A DNA stretch of 64,000 bases from positions 2,469,148 to 2,533,147 of the forward strand of contig NC_068993.1 in NCBI RefSeq assembly GCF_001194135.2, written 5' to 3'. Below, in pieces: positions 13,370 to 27,999 of the stretch (the stretch's first letter is position 1; each line of letters starts with the position of its first letter). The position numbers were made by a program, and so were the translations under genes. Source of the stretch: Octopus bimaculoides (Eukaryota). Below the pieces are notes generated by a model that saw only the letters and a program-made list of their open reading frames with translations, was not told the origin of the DNA and did not search any database.

Positions 13370-15239
13370 CATATCATATATTATATATGTAGGCATGTAT
13401 ATAGTGACAGGAAAGTACCATTTATATTTTGGCATGTTTTGAGTCTGTTTTCACATTCGTTTGCTTTTAACACTATTTATATATCACCTCAAATAATGAT
13501 AATCCCGTTCAAATGTTTTATTTACTTCTTATTTTTGTTTATATTTTCTGGTTGTAGACATTCACAGATATAGAAAGATTAATTTGTATTTCGATATTGT
13601 GAAAACATAACGTAATTACAATGTCTTTCTATTTTTTTTGTTTGATTTATTTTTGGTTTTTGTTATTTCGATTCCTTGTTTCGCTGTTGGTTTCTTGTGA
13701 AATTTCTTTCTACACAAACGTAACTATAAATAGCTAATTGCTACTTTTGCCAAGGTCCTCTCCCCATGCAGGTTTTGTTCCTTAAGTGCTGTTTGTTGTT
13801 TGGGTGAAAGAAGAGGGGAAACACATTTTCTCTTTGTTGTTTGCTGTCTGAAAAGATTGATATAAAACCGTTGACTAGTAATGAGGTTGTTAGTTATGTT
13901 CACAGTCTTTGATCTGTTATTTTACTGGCTTTAGACTTAGTCTTGTTAAATGGCCGCCTAACATCATACCTTTCTCTTTATTTCTGTTACAAGTCTACGG
14001 TAAATTACTGGAGTTTAGCAGCAGTCTTCGATATTATTCTTATTTTATTCTATTGTTGTACTTTGGTGGATAATGTTCCGTAGAAAAACAATTGTTATTG
14101 TATTTTCTCATTTTCTTCTGCTTTGTATTTACAACGAAAAATTTTGTTCAGTAGTTTAGCTACGCAAGAAAACAAATTTTTTTACTGCTAAGCACTTTCC
14201 CATAAACACGATTTATTTATGATGATAGTTATTTAAGGAGGTATCGTCGTCTTTGAAACACACCAATCACACAACGTGTGTTTTGTAAGTCAGCAATTTA
14301 ATTAATTAATTTCTATTCCTTTTCTACTGAGATTCCTCGAAATGCACAAACAAGTTTAAAAGTAATAAATCATACATGAATCTGATAAAGAGATGTATTC
14401 TGTCTTGCTTCATTTACACGGAAGAGTATGTAAACAGCTCAACATCTGCACGGAAGGTGGGCTCAGGACTGTTGCATGAAGTTAACAAGGCTTGTGTTTA
14501 ATTCGCTATAAAATCCATCGGGACGAAGCTCTTATTTTTGTTTGTGTAGTAGCAAGAGGATAAAGAAGTTTCTCACATTGGATAATTATCTGGTATTCCA
14601 CTTGATTTCTGAAGAACATACTGGAAATAATTCACTAGCTATGTGACATAATCCATGATAAATGAAATATTACACACTTCTATGTTCAGAAAGAAGATGG
14701 AAATATTGCATTGCCTATACATTCACATCCTCCAATGAGCTTTTATCGTGACTGCCTTGTCCGGGAAGCAATTAATTCTGTTCTTTAGGGATGAAAACCC
14801 ATGGCAAATATTTCATACAGATTCTAACGGAAAACATTAAGTAAACACACGAAAAACTTTTTCACGATTCTACAAACATTATTTAGCTGGTAACAGAAAG
14901 AATGGATATATATATACGTTTGTGAAATAATTCTTTTTAACGATGGAACTTAAATTAGAAAAGCTATAAATAAACTTTTATACAACAGGAACAAAGCCTG
15001 AAATATTGGCGGAGGGGCTTAAAGACGATTACATCTACCCCAATCTTTAATTGGTACTTATTTTATCGATCTCAGATGTATGAAAAGTGAAGTTGAACTC
15101 ATAACATAATGATTGATGAAATACCGCTAAGTATTTTGTCCGGCATTGTAACTTTCCTGCATGCTTGCTACCTCAGAAAAAGCTTTAAATAATAACAAGA
15201 AAATATTGGTCAAAATACCTTTTGAATAGACAAGGCCAA

Positions 15240-15312
15240 AGTCTGCCCATGGGATTCGAACCCACATCTGTAATCATGACAGACGTTCAACCATTGGACC
15301 AAGGCGACCCTT
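15240..15312 (-). pseudogene. tRNA-like remnant (SINE head or tRNA pseudogene)
   Basis: A-box TGGTCCAATGG, B-box GGTTCGAATCC and a TCTGT/ACAGA stem, but no U33, a truncated variable loop and a broken acceptor stem. Confidence 0.5.
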
Positions 15313-16182
15313 CGAATTTCTCTATCCGTTTTTTGAAACTTTATTCTTTCCAGCGAGAATTGTATGTTGCTGACGTTATAACAATCTAGAAATATAAATA
15401 GAATGTGAAATAATTCGGTTATAACTGTTACACTCGAAGTCGATAAAGCTACAAATGATAGCATGCAAATATTTGGTTTAAAACCCCTTATCTATACATA
15501 TATGTGAATAAAACCCCTTTGGACAGAAAAGGTCGAATGCTGCGCATGGGATACGAACGCACGACATAAGCAACATATGGCTGTATTGCATCGAGGACTA
15601 GAGAATGTTTTTTTGAGTGAATCTAAACCGTTTAACAGAGACCTGCTTGATATTTGAATTAGCGGGATGCAGCAGCTTAGATGTTTCTGCAGTTCTCTGG
15701 TGCAAGTTACGCCTTCAAAATCAAAATTATGGTTATGGCATTCTGTTTTCTAATAGAGTTTTCTTAATCAGATATCGCTAATTTAAGTATAGAGTGAAGA
15801 AGGATTAACGGTATAACGAAGAAAAGAAGAATATTGATGGAAATAGGATTCCTTATAAATTATCACCTCTGCTACGGAGGAAGACATTCTGGTGTGACTG
15901 GGAGGGTGATGATAGCATGTACATACAATTACAATTACACATACGTACACACATACACACACTCGAACAGACACACACACAACCTATATACGTGTGTGGT
16001 GGGATATATATGTACACACATTTATAAATCTACTTATATGTGTGTGCGTGTGTGTGTATCTAGATATACATATCTATATGTCTGTATATATTTGTGTATC
16101 TAACCATATATGAATATATATATACGTGTATGTAACGTGTACTTATATGTATACACACACACACACACGAGCTCACAAAATC

Positions 16183-16222
<40 letters not shown>

Positions 16223-16509
16223 GTACAGAGACACAAGGAGAAAAAGACTGAGAAATCCCTATGCTCTTTTGCAATGTATGTTTAGATTTGTTTCATGCGA
16301 TCCTCTCAAGGTTCCTAAAGGTCAACTGTAAGTGCTCCTGGAGGAAATCGTGTAACTTCAAACGTTGCTGCCTCTGAAGAATGACACATTCAAAATCATA
16401 CGCGTACACTAACACATATTTTATGCACATGTAGTATGTATAGATAAGTGTATGTATATGGGTGGGTATATGTGTATATACATACATATATAAATACGTA
16501 TCTGTGTGT

Positions 16510-16830
16510 GAAGGCCCGTGGCGTAGTGGTAGGGAGTTTTCGGCTCACGATCGTAATGTTGTGATTTCGATAACTGACAGCGTGCGGTGTCCTTCAGCAA
16601 GACACCATATTTCACGTTGCTTCAGCTGGCAAAAATGAACAGCATCTGCAATTCAAGAGTTCAGCGTTCTCAAATTCTGCATGACGCTTAATCTCCATAA
16701 AAACTACGTAAAGGGTACGCGTGTCTATGGAGTACTCAGCCACTTGTAAGTTAATTTCACGAACAGATTCTACCGTTGATCGGATCAACTGAAATACTCG
16801 TCGTCGCAAGTGACTGAGTTCCAGTTATTG
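16510..16830 (+). mobile_element. tRNA-derived SINE, family C (5' parts also at 46878-47005 plus and 43555-43642 minus)
   Basis: A-box TGGCGTAGTGG and B-box-like GATTTCGATAAC. The core (gtgtccttcagcaagacaccatatttcacgttgct) is shared with the 46878 copy. Confidence 0.75.
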
Positions 16831-16866
16831 TGTTATATATATATACATACGTATATATATAATTGT

Positions 16867-17090
16867 CACTAAATATAACATGGGTGTTAGAACTCCTAGA
16901 TTGCTAGAAATAAGAGCTAAAAAGATCAAATACTGTAGTTGAAGAACATAACTGTACACCGGTGTTTTCGGGCGTTTCCATCGATGTCAGTACATATGTA
17001 TACAATTATGTGCTTTAACTACGGAATTAGAGCTTTTTAGCTCTTATTTCTAGCAATGTAGGTGTTCTCACAACCTTAGTCGCATTTACT
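16867..17090. mobile_element. MITE-like element with roughly 90-bp imperfect terminal inverted repeats
   Basis: ATTGCTAGAAATAAGAGCTAAAAAG and CTTTTTAGCTCTTATTTCTAGCAAT are exact complements, and similarity extends both ways. Confidence 0.7.
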
Positions 17091-17159
17091 GCTGTTTATA
17101 TTAATTTTACCTGCGTCCATTATTACGAACTCATACACGTCATTGTTATTATAAATATA

Positions 17160-17273
17160 ATCATCATAGTCATCACCATCGCAATCACCAGCCTTATCAC
17201 CTTCATCCCATCATGATCGTCACTAACACCTCCACCACTGCCACCACCACCATAGCCATCACGATCATCATCG

Positions 17274-17323
<50 letters not shown>

Positions 17324-17395
17324 GTCATCGTCATCGTCATCGTCATCATCATCATCACCACTACCGCATCCACCACCATCGACAACCTCAAACTC
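17160..17395. repeat. Compound (CAT/CAC/CGT)n trinucleotide repeat
   Basis: Direct reading. Confidence 0.9.
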
Positions 17396-18254
17396 ATGAA
17401 ATATTTCAATTTTTTCCCCCCTAAAAGCGCTTTCAGCTTGTAAAATTTTAGCGAAATTCGGAATGTAATTTTATTGTTGAAAGAAACAAAAAGAAAGAAA
17501 AAAATGTATATTGACAGAACGAGTTGACTTGCGTCAGCTAAAGAAAAGTTAAAAACTTGGAAAGAAAAACCAATTCCATAATAAAAAGAAATATCAAAAA
17601 AAAAAAAAAAAGGCAGATTGTTTAATGAAGCGTTCTTTAACGATCTCCTGTTTCTGCAACAAATTCTTTCTTTCCAGTCTTTCAGAATTTGAATAAAATA
17701 TCTTTACTTTCGCTACTAAGTGCAGTATTAAGAAAATTCTAGATGCTTTAATGTAGTTCATATTGTCTGGTCATATGCAGAAATATATGTGCCGCTGAAG
17801 AGTGTACGTGAATGAGGAGTTAAAGAGAGTAAAAGAGTGAAAGAGAGAGAGAGAAAGAGAGAGAGAGGGAGAGAGAGATAGTGAGAGGGAAGGGAAGACA
17901 TATGTATATGTCTGTGTATGTGTGTATATATATGTATATATTTTTGTATATATACATACCTATATATATATATATTTATATATATATATATATACGTATA
18001 CATATATATATATATGTATACGTATATATGTATATGTATGTATATAAATACATATATAATATACATACATACATACATACATACACACACATATATATAT
18101 ATATTTATATATATATATATATAAATATATATATANNNNNNNNNNNNNNNNNNNNNNNNNNNNNNNNNNNNNNNNNNNNNNNNNNNNNNNNNNNNNNNNN
18201 NNNNNNNNNNNNNNNNNNNNNNNNNNNNNNNNNNNNNNNNNNNNNNNNNNNNNN

Positions 18255-18317
<63 letters not shown>

Positions 18318-19259
18318 TTATGCATACAAAGACAGAGCGAGAGAGGATGAGGGAGAGAAAATAGAAAGCTCAGAAAGGAAAAGGTAACGTACAGACGTAC
18401 CCAGCCGTGATAATCCTTTTTTTATTTTTGGTTTTAATTTAGAATGTTATGATAAAACGTAGAGCGAAATGTTCTCACAAACATGGATATTCACCAATCA
18501 AAGCCTGCGTAAGAAGTAGAATTATGTTTATTATTCACACACAAAATACAATTTATGCTTTTAATCCGAACTTGCATCATTCATCCGCTGTAGAATTGAT
18601 ACAAAGCCTTCTTTTTTACATTTCAGTCTGGTAATAAAGGACGAAAATCTGAAACTTCTTTTAAAACCTTCCCCTTACTGTAAAATTAATTATCTTTTAC
18701 TCATTATCTATTTATGCTATTCTTCTGTTTGTATACACGTTCTTATCCACTCAAAATGTCTAAGCGTCATTTAGAAAAGCGAATGTATTTGCGTCAATGA
18801 GAATAGAGTTGGTAGGACGTAAAACAACTGACCTTGTAGAATTTGATCCGGTTCTTTGCGTTTTGAACTCAATCGCGCAGAGGGCGGATTTACCATAATA
18901 TTTTGAAGTCGATAAAATAAAATTAAAATCACAGTTCAGGAATGTTTACTTATGAAATTGTTATAGCGTGGACGAGAGGCCATGTAGATCTTAGCCATTG
19001 GAATGTGTGTACGGTTAAGAATATACAACATCTATTGTTTCTACAAAATATGCAGATATTAAATATGAATTATATATATGGAGATATGACTGTTTATCTG
19101 GGCAGGTATATGTATCTACAGTTCTATACGTATGAATGTATATTGACTAACGTGTGAAGATGCGGTTATGTGTGTATGTATGTGTCTGTATATACATATG
19201 TACATATATATATATATATATGTCTGTATGTGTGTATATACATGTATATATGTATATAC

Positions 19260-19335
<76 letters not shown>

Positions 19336-19880
19336 ATGTATATATATGTATATGCGCGTGTGTAAACATATGTATGTAAAGTCCATATATGCATATTTAT
19401 GTAAAGATGTATGTATATATCTACATTTGTGTGTATATATCTTTGTGTGTTCACATTTTAAAACACTAGAAATAATTCTGATGGCATACAATGCGAAATA
19501 ATTAATAAATGTAAAACAAACTTAGAAACGAACATAAAATATCTCATTATTTGTTACAATTCATTATATGAGCAAGTGATAATAATGACAATAATGTAAA
19601 GCCGTATATTCATCCATTAGAGCTAGAAAAAGGAGGGAGAAGCTGGTAAGGATGAGGTGGTGTTAGATGTGTACATCTACCTGAACTACAAAGACAAAAT
19701 ATCAACTCATTATCTTTACACTTTACAGTTTATCTCCGGGATTAATTTGCTACGAAGATCAAACATGCATATTTTTTTTTAGTTTCGTCAAATAAAGCAA
19801 GTGTTTTTCAACTCTCTCTCTCCTCACTCTCTGTGAGTAAATTTATATGCATATATGTATGTATATATATATATACACAC

Positions 19881-19948
<68 letters not shown>

Positions 19949-21819
19949 GCACATTATACACACATACATATGTATGTGTATATGTGTGTTAGTGAGAGCG
20001 TGTGAGTGACTGTAGAAAGGGACAGAAAAGGTGAGTGGAAGGCTTTATACTCGGCCCCTATTATTGGCACTTACAATTCTATTTGTGTTCTAATAAATAA
20101 TGTGTGAATAGAGAAGAGAGAAACAGAACAAGACAGATGGATATCTCATAGTTGTGTTAATTGAAAAGATAGGGAATGTGTGTATGTGTGTGTGTGTATG
20201 CAGACTGAACTCCACTGACAGTACTGAAGAACCAGGTCAAATAGTGGTGGTGGTTGGGTGGGTGATGGCGCTAATTCGTGAATTAAATTGCCTTAATCAG
20301 AACTTAAACGTCGAGAAGAAATACCCCATGTCATCTTGTCCAGTCCTCTAACATTTCCTCCCAGTCTCACGTGTTGCACTCTACTGTAAATTATCCCGTA
20401 AAGATGAAAGCCGAAATCGACTACACCGCTATTTAAACCTCGTGTGTGAAGGCCTGTAAAAATACTGCAAATGTTTTCGCTCGAAGCCAGGACCAATCTG
20501 GCAATTCACATCTTACATAGTAAGATACTGTGTGATCTGGTGTCATAAATATCATGTTGTTTCTTTAAAGAAAATCTCAGGTATTTTTGAGGGCAAAGAT
20601 GATGCATTGTGTATTAAGTGGGAGCTGTTAAACATAACTGTAAACCTTACTCTCTGTTTTTTGGTCCAGCGAAATGAAGAGAAAGTTTTTTTCCTCAAAC
20701 TTCACAATCCCAGCGTTTTCCATTATTTACAAGCACATTCTGTCAGGCACATCTAGTAGATGTGTCTAACAGTATAATTCAGAAGCAGTAAGTTGATTTT
20801 AGATAAAAATACATCGGAAGCCGCTTATTATGATCGCTTTAGGACAGAGTTTTCGATAACAATAACTGGTCGTTAACATAAGAGAAATAAAGAGTTTGGG
20901 ATCTTCTGTTTTTGATAACAATAACAGGTTGGTAACATTATCCGTGATTATATTAAGGACTTCTAGTGTATTAAAAGTATTGCTACGAAAGAGAATTCAT
21001 TTACCAGAATGAATAGAAGGAATAAAAGTTTGTGAAGTGATGATTAATTTTCTGGAATTCCGGAAACAGGATGCGAACTACTCATCGATTAATCTACTTC
21101 TTGTAACCTATAAAATCGACAAACAAAACTCTTTTAGTGCTACAAGACCAAAATTTTTATCGAATTAGGTAATGTGCCACTTTCATGAAAATTTTCGTAA
21201 TCTCCTACACATTTTAAATATTAATTCTTGCTCTATAGAACTTGTCACTAAAGCTAAAACAATATTTAATATATCCTATCATTTATAGAAGGACAGCATT
21301 ATTAAGCCAATAGAGAAATTATGCTTTGAATTAATGCCTGATGGAATAAGGACAAACAAGCATATACAAAAATAGGCAATTAAAAACGAAGTGATACCTT
21401 GTTGAAAAACTTGCCTTTAATATCAATTTACACCCTTAAAAACCTTGTGTGTGATGATCAAACAGAATAGCTAAGAGAAACTAATGAAATTGTCTAGCAA
21501 TTATGGACAGAAAATAATGGTTCTCAACGGCACCAGCATTAAAGTGATATCTGGTGAGAAACATACTATTCCAGTAAAACATTCGTGATGTAAATATTTG
21601 AACAAAGTCATTTCAAAATAATTAACGAAATTGTTAATGTAGTTAAAATAAAATTGCATCAATGTGTTGATACTGGTGATGGTGGTGACGAGGGTGGTGA
21701 AGATGATTGGTGTTGGGGAATGGAGTGGCGGTAATGGGGGTGGCGGGACCGTTTATTAGTGATGATGGGGCTTTTTTTGTAGAAAAAAGCAGCGGTGTTG
21801 GTGGGGATAATACCGATGT

Positions 21820-21830
21820 TGTTGTTGTTG

Positions 21831-21861
<31 letters not shown>

Positions 21862-22140
21862 TGGTGATGATGATGATGATGATGATGATGGTGGTGGTGA
21901 TAAGGGTAGCAATGGGTTGTAAAGGTAATAATTACAATCACGATAATAACAGCGATCGTGATGTTGATAACACTGTTAGAGGTGGGGGTGTAATGTGGGA
22001 ACAGGGGTGTGTGACAAAGTGATGGAGATGATGGTTATTCTGTTGCTACTAACGTTAATATTAATTATAATAGCAGCGCTCATGATGATGATCATGATGA
22101 TGATGATGGTGCTGGTGCTGGTGCTGGTGCCGGTGGTGGA
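21820..22140. repeat. Compound (GTT/GAT/GGT)n trinucleotide repeat region
   Basis: Direct reading. Confidence 0.9.
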
Positions 22141-22756
22141 CGAGGTATCGGTGTTTTAATCATTTTAGTGTTTGAAAGAGGTGTAAATATAAATTTGATC
22201 GGGCAGCTAATTCGATTTGGTCCTAAAACCACTGTATTATGTGAGAAGAATTACCAGATTATAAAGTACTGCCTATTTTCCTCCCTTAACAACGTCACCG
22301 CATGAATTCCCTATTGATTTCCACTTCATCTGATTAAGAGACGACAGAATATGAATCGACACCGTATGTGAACAGGAAAATCAGCAACATATCTAATATG
22401 CACGGTATGGAATAAAGGAACTAATTGTCTATTTTAGAAAGCAATTGTAGAGAATCGTGGTGTTTTGTGATAAAATAGACTAGAGAGGAGAGACACGTCT
22501 GCTACATCTGTCGATATGGTCGTGTCGATGGCGTTATTTAATATTCCGGTGGACATTTTAGGATGAGTTGGTGTAGAGAGATGCACTGAAGGTTTGTTAA
22601 TGTCTCTGTATAACTGAGACCACTTTGCTCATTTGCGTATCATCAATGAGCGCGTGTGCATGTGAAAGCGTGACTGCGTGTGTTTATGAGCGTATGTCTA
22701 TATGTATGCGTGTATAAGTATACACACATATATAATGTTGACTATATATATATATA

Positions 22757-23067
22757 TAAAAGGGATAACCACTAAGTGGACATCCATTATGCTAAAAGTA
22801 GATCACCTATGGTCTGACCACTAAGAAGCGATTGTTCTTAAGAAAATTTAGCAAACACCAGAACTTAAGCGTGCAAGACAAAGGAAAAAATGCAAATTAT
22901 GATTAATCACAGACCGGTTAATTTTTATATTTTGTATCTTTTCATTTGTCTTGCTCGCTTACGTTCTGCCGTTTACTGAATTTTCTTAAGAACAATCTCT
23001 TAGTGGTCAGACCATAGGAAGTCTATTTCTAGCATAATGGACGTCCACTTAGTGGTCATCCCTCTTA
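22757..23067. mobile_element. Foldback MITE, probably Tc1/mariner-derived
   Basis: The element is almost entirely one imperfect inverted repeat (e.g. GGGATAACCACTAAGTGGACATCCATTATGCTA vs TAGCATAATGGACGTCCACTTAGTGGTCATCCC), with TA flanks and no ORF. Confidence 0.8.
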
Positions 23068-23842
23068 TATGTATGTAATATAATTTTTNNNNNNNNNNNN
23101 NNNNNNNNNNNNNNNNNNNNNNNNNNNNNNNNNNNNNNNNNNNNNNNNNNNNNNNNNNNNNNNNNNNNNNNNNNNNNNNNNNNNNNNNNNNNNNNNNNNN
23201 NNNNNNNNNNNNNNNNNNNNNNNNNNNNNNNNNNNNNNNNNNNNNNNNNNNNNNNNNNNNNNNNNNNNNNNNNNNNNNNNNNNNNNNNNNNNNNNNNNNN
23301 NNNNNNNNNNNNNNNNNNNNNNNNNNNNNNNNNNNNNNNNNNNNNNNNNNNNNNNNNNNNNNNNNNNNNNNNNNNNNNNNNNNNNNNNNNNNNNNNNNNN
23401 NNNNNNNNNNNNNNNNNNNNNNNNNNNNNNNNNNNNNNNNNNNNNNNNNNNNNNNNNNNNNNNNNNNNNNNNNNNNNNNNNNNNNNNNNNNNNNNNNNNN
23501 NNNNNNNNNNNNNNNNNNNNNNNNNNNNNNNNNNNNNNNNNNNNNNNNNNNNNNNNNNNNNNNNNNNNNNNNNNNNNNNNNNNNNNNNNNNNNNNNNNNN
23601 NNNNNNNNNNNNNNNNNNNNNNNNNNNNNNNNNNNNNNNNNNNNNNNNNNNNNNTATATATATATATATATGTATACATATACGTGTGTGTGTGTGTGTA
23701 CATACATATACATTTATAAGTATAAATGCATGTATATATATAAATATATACAGCATGTGTGGTTTTTAAGGTATTGAAAATTATGTGACAATTTATTTAC
23801 ATATCGTAAGGATACAACGTCTAACGTTATGACAATATATAT

Positions 23843-23904
23843 TACTCTTTTACTCTTTTACTTGTTTCAGTCATTTGACTGTGGCCATGCTGGAGCACCA
23901 CCTT
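23843..23904 (-). mobile_element. SINE family A 3' tail fragment (similar fragments at 24588-24652 and 31841-31889 on minus, and 404-430 on plus)
   Basis: ttttacttgtttcagtcatttgactgtggccatgctggagcacc is the reverse complement of the family tail. Confidence 0.75.
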
Positions 23905-24663
23905 TTATATATATATATTTATATGGGTGGGGTGTATGCATGTATGTACATTTATTTGTGTGCATACACCTATAGATGTCACTGTGTAAATGCGTGCGCG
24001 TGTGGGTGTTTGTGTGTGTATCGTTGTTGTTGGTGTTCATTTTGTGCTGGTGTAGGTGTGTGTGTGTTTGTATGTGTGTGTGTGTGCAAGCTAACGGGCA
24101 TATATTCATGCGTGAAGCATATTTTTAAAATACAAAGAATAAAATAATTACAAATAGAAGAAGCAAAAATAAGGAAAAAGAAATATCAATGAACGATCTT
24201 ATTGATGCCTGTCTATGTGTCACTAGGAAATGGCAGATTTATCAATGAGCTAAGTATAGAGAATGGTTTTACAAGATCGACAACACACGATTGACAACCG
24301 TCTGTCTTCCTCTGTCACAATATCTACACAATGTTATGGACAGATTACTAAAGTTTACATTTAAGTGACATTTTGAAATGATAAACCATTTATTACGCTT
24401 CACTGCTTCCCATTTCAAACAACATTGTATTTCCGTTAAGGTCCATTTCACATTTATCTTTTAATTCACTAAATGTTAACCTGATATCCTATTGACTAAC
24501 CAACTTGCTCTCTGCTACAACGATTCAGGCGACACTTTCTATGGTTACGGTCAGTAACTATCAATCAAATTATTTTGCTTTCCAGCCTTCTTTTATTCTT
24601 TTTCTGGCTTCATTCATTGGACTGTGACCATGCTGGAGCAGCACCTTCAAGAGTAAGTTTATC

Positions 24664-24727
<64 letters not shown>

Positions 24728-25041
24728 TTTATATAATTTAAAATCGATTTCGTTGGCTGCAGTCTTTATCTAATGTTTATTCTATCGTTTTTGAAAGATA
24801 AAAAATAGAAAGAACGTATTAATGTAAAGACATGCTTACTGCAGTGCGCTTCTGTCTGTCTGTCTGTCTGTCTGTATGTATGTATATTTGTATGTCTGTA
24901 TGTCTGTATGTATGTATGTATGTATGTATGTATGTACCACTGTCTACCTTACGCTGATACAAATATACATACATGTGTGTGTATACATATATACATATAT
25001 ACACACACATACATATATATATATATATATGCATGCATAGA

Positions 25042-25077
<36 letters not shown>

Positions 25078-25992
25078 TACATACATACATATATATATAT
25101 ATATACAATAATACATACAGAAATTGTAAATTCCATTTTGGGCCTTTTTCGGTAGTTTTCCGAGAACGTTTATTTCATCTAATTGGATTCCACAACATCA
25201 CCAAACCGCCATAGATTTATAACTAATCCCATGTAACCACTAGCCTTATGCTGCTGGTCACAGATGGATTTCAATGCCTTTACCCGACCTGGTGACGGTT
25301 AGATTTCTAACTACACTTAAAGACTTGCTACTCACACTAAGTAGGATCAAGACAAATTTTCTTTATATCAGATATCAAGTGTTAAAGCCTTTCTCTTTAT
25401 TGTTTTACTGCATTGAGTTATTGGTTTTGTGTTGTGATATACATGTATGTATCCTTACAACTAATTGAAATCATTAAAACTAATTGAAAGAAAACAATAT
25501 GAAACACTCGGAGAACATGGTGTAAGACTTGTTATTCTTGTTGTTATTCAAACCTAGATTATATCTGAGCAAATAGACTCGTAGCCACCGTCTCTCCTCC
25601 TATGTACAGGAAATTCGTGGCTATATAATCTCATGTCAACGTTTCTAAACGGTGATGACGTGATTTGAGGGATGCATCTGCTGTTTCTAACAGGTTCTGT
25701 AACCATGTGAAAGTTTCCTCGAAGTATAGAGGAGAAAAAAACTAAAAGATTACATGTAAACCAACAGCAGAAGTATATTGCATCCCTGATGCAGAATAAC
25801 ATATTAAAATGACCAGACATTGTTATCAGGCTATCATACAGCATTTCTAGGATTCTATTTGATGTGGTGAAGAATTTTATGCACCGAATCAAGTGAAATG
25901 TATTTCATAATGGTGAAAAATTCTCATGGTTTTATAAGTGTCTGAAGAAGTTCCAAATGAATGTTTTTCTCAGAACAGTCTATGGCATTCAT

Positions 25993-26044
<52 letters not shown>

Positions 26045-26853
26045 CCGGTTCGCGATGCAACTTCCTGTATGACTGCGTATATGTGTGCATGCTGTATGTA
26101 TGTCTGTAGGTTCCTGGAAGATGTAAACTTACTATGTCTAATACAAGTGTTGACATCTAAGCAATTACAGCAATATCTAACAAAATATATATATATATTT
26201 AATTGAAAATAAAAGAAAATAAATACGAAAATTGAAGAAAAAAAATTAAATGAAAAGTAACTTTTCTCAAAATACTTTATTTGACAAGATTTCTTTTTCT
26301 TTTTCATTAAAAAGATTTCTTTAAAAAAACTGGAAATAGTTATAAGAATTCATCAAAGATATGAAATAAAAGATATTGAAATATAAGATAGTGTAATGAT
26401 ATATTCCAGTTTTATTTAACAATACTACCTCTTTAAAATTATTGATTTTTATAAACTTTATTTTATTACTGTTTATACTGAATAACCTTTGGACATAACA
26501 GACTTTTGTAGAAACAACAGTCTATGAGAAGTATGGAAGATTACACAGTACAATATAAAAGCACAATGGGTGAGTATTTAGCATAATATTAACAAATCCT
26601 TGACTCGAGACTACTACTAGCAATGAAATAATATTTTGTTCCGCTAGAATAGAATGTGTAGATGTTTGTATATTGTCTCCTCCAACAGATCATGAAAATG
26701 AAGTGGGTTCTTCATTTAATTACGTTAATGACATATAGGATGCTTTGTCCAGTCTAACATGCCGCAGTTGTCCATAGGAACTTCACCGAACCCCACATTG
26801 CTGAAATTTATGGAGACGGATCTTTGGCGTGAGCATAGCTTTCGCACTTCCTC

Positions 26854-26871
26854 TCATAAGATCTGAAGCTC
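26854..26871 (-). CDS. Candidate last coding exon (ELQIL* in phase 0), followed by 3' UTR
   Basis: Strong acceptor gtttttctttgtttgttttttacag. Phase-compatible with the 28000 donor. Confidence 0.4.
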   Translation of the reverse strand, partial: ELQIL

Positions 26872-27999
26872 CTGTAAAAAACAAACAAAGAAAAACAGGA
26901 AGCTATCCTTTCTCTTCCGGCTAAAACCTATAAAAATTCATAGGGTCTCTTCCATCAAAGAGTAAACAACATGGTAATAATTTTAAAAATTGTCAAGCAT
27001 TTATATACTGTAAACTTCAATGAGACTAGAGCATAAGGCGACTCGTTTCTACATGAAATATTGAATCGCAAATATTTTACTTCCTGTTTTATAAACTTAA
27101 TTTACGAAGAAATATAGTCCTCGTTATGAAAGACTGAAAACAGTAATTCAATTTTAAAGCCGCCTGTTTGCTGCAAGTAGGAAGAGCGATGTTTATATTC
27201 GCTCTGCATCAATTAATGGAGGACAAAAATAATACAAACTAAAACAAGATATGCAGCATAATATACGATAATGTACAATAGTTGGCAAGCAATGCTTTTT
27301 CTTTTTTTCTTTTTTTCTTTTTCAGGAAATAACTAGAAGAATGATATTCTTAGTTACTAAAATATTTAGACATTGTAGAAATGGTGAAATATTACATGTT
27401 TCTTTAGTTATAAGTGGTTATCAGTGACAAGATTACAGATCTATCTACTAAGAGACTTGCAAGTAGGGGAGTGGATTGAATTAGGAAAGTTTTGCGGAGA
27501 GATATTCTAATATGAATAAAATATATGTGTTGATATCACATATAACGGAATAAAAAGTAAAAAACTATATTTCTAAAACAACTTTGCGCAAGCGAATGCC
27601 ACAAACACTTCATGCTTTGGCTATAATAATAGGTAGATTTTTCAAATGTGATTTTTACACTCTCCAAGATCCTGATCTTTTCGGTGGAAATATTTCTGAC
27701 ATGGGAAATGTAAACAAGTTCTTTCTTTTCTACTTTCATTTCATATCATTTTTGCTTATTATTTGTTTGTTTGTTGGTGGGTGTGTTTATTACTATTATT
27801 ATTATTATTATTTTGCTATTTATGACGTTTTTCTTATTTTATTTGTGATGTTTTAGTTTTAGAGAAATAAAGCATGCTTAACCACTTTGGTAGAAGGCAT
27901 CTCCTTAAAACAAGAGCTGATTTATTCATGAGCTGTCAGCTAGAATGAAATCAGAATAGGGAAAGAAACATTAAATAGAAACACTATCTACTTCCATAC

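Noticed and set aside
15240-15312. Functional tRNA gene
   Set aside because: The cloverleaf is incomplete (no U33, short variable region, broken acceptor stem). It is kept only as a remnant.
25554-25892. 112-aa minus ORF, and a plus-frame SWLYNL motif reminiscent of LBP/BPI at about 25610-25668
   Set aside because: The ORF starts at TTG with no convincing acceptor. The plus-frame motif hits a stop after 11 more codons and has no partner exons.
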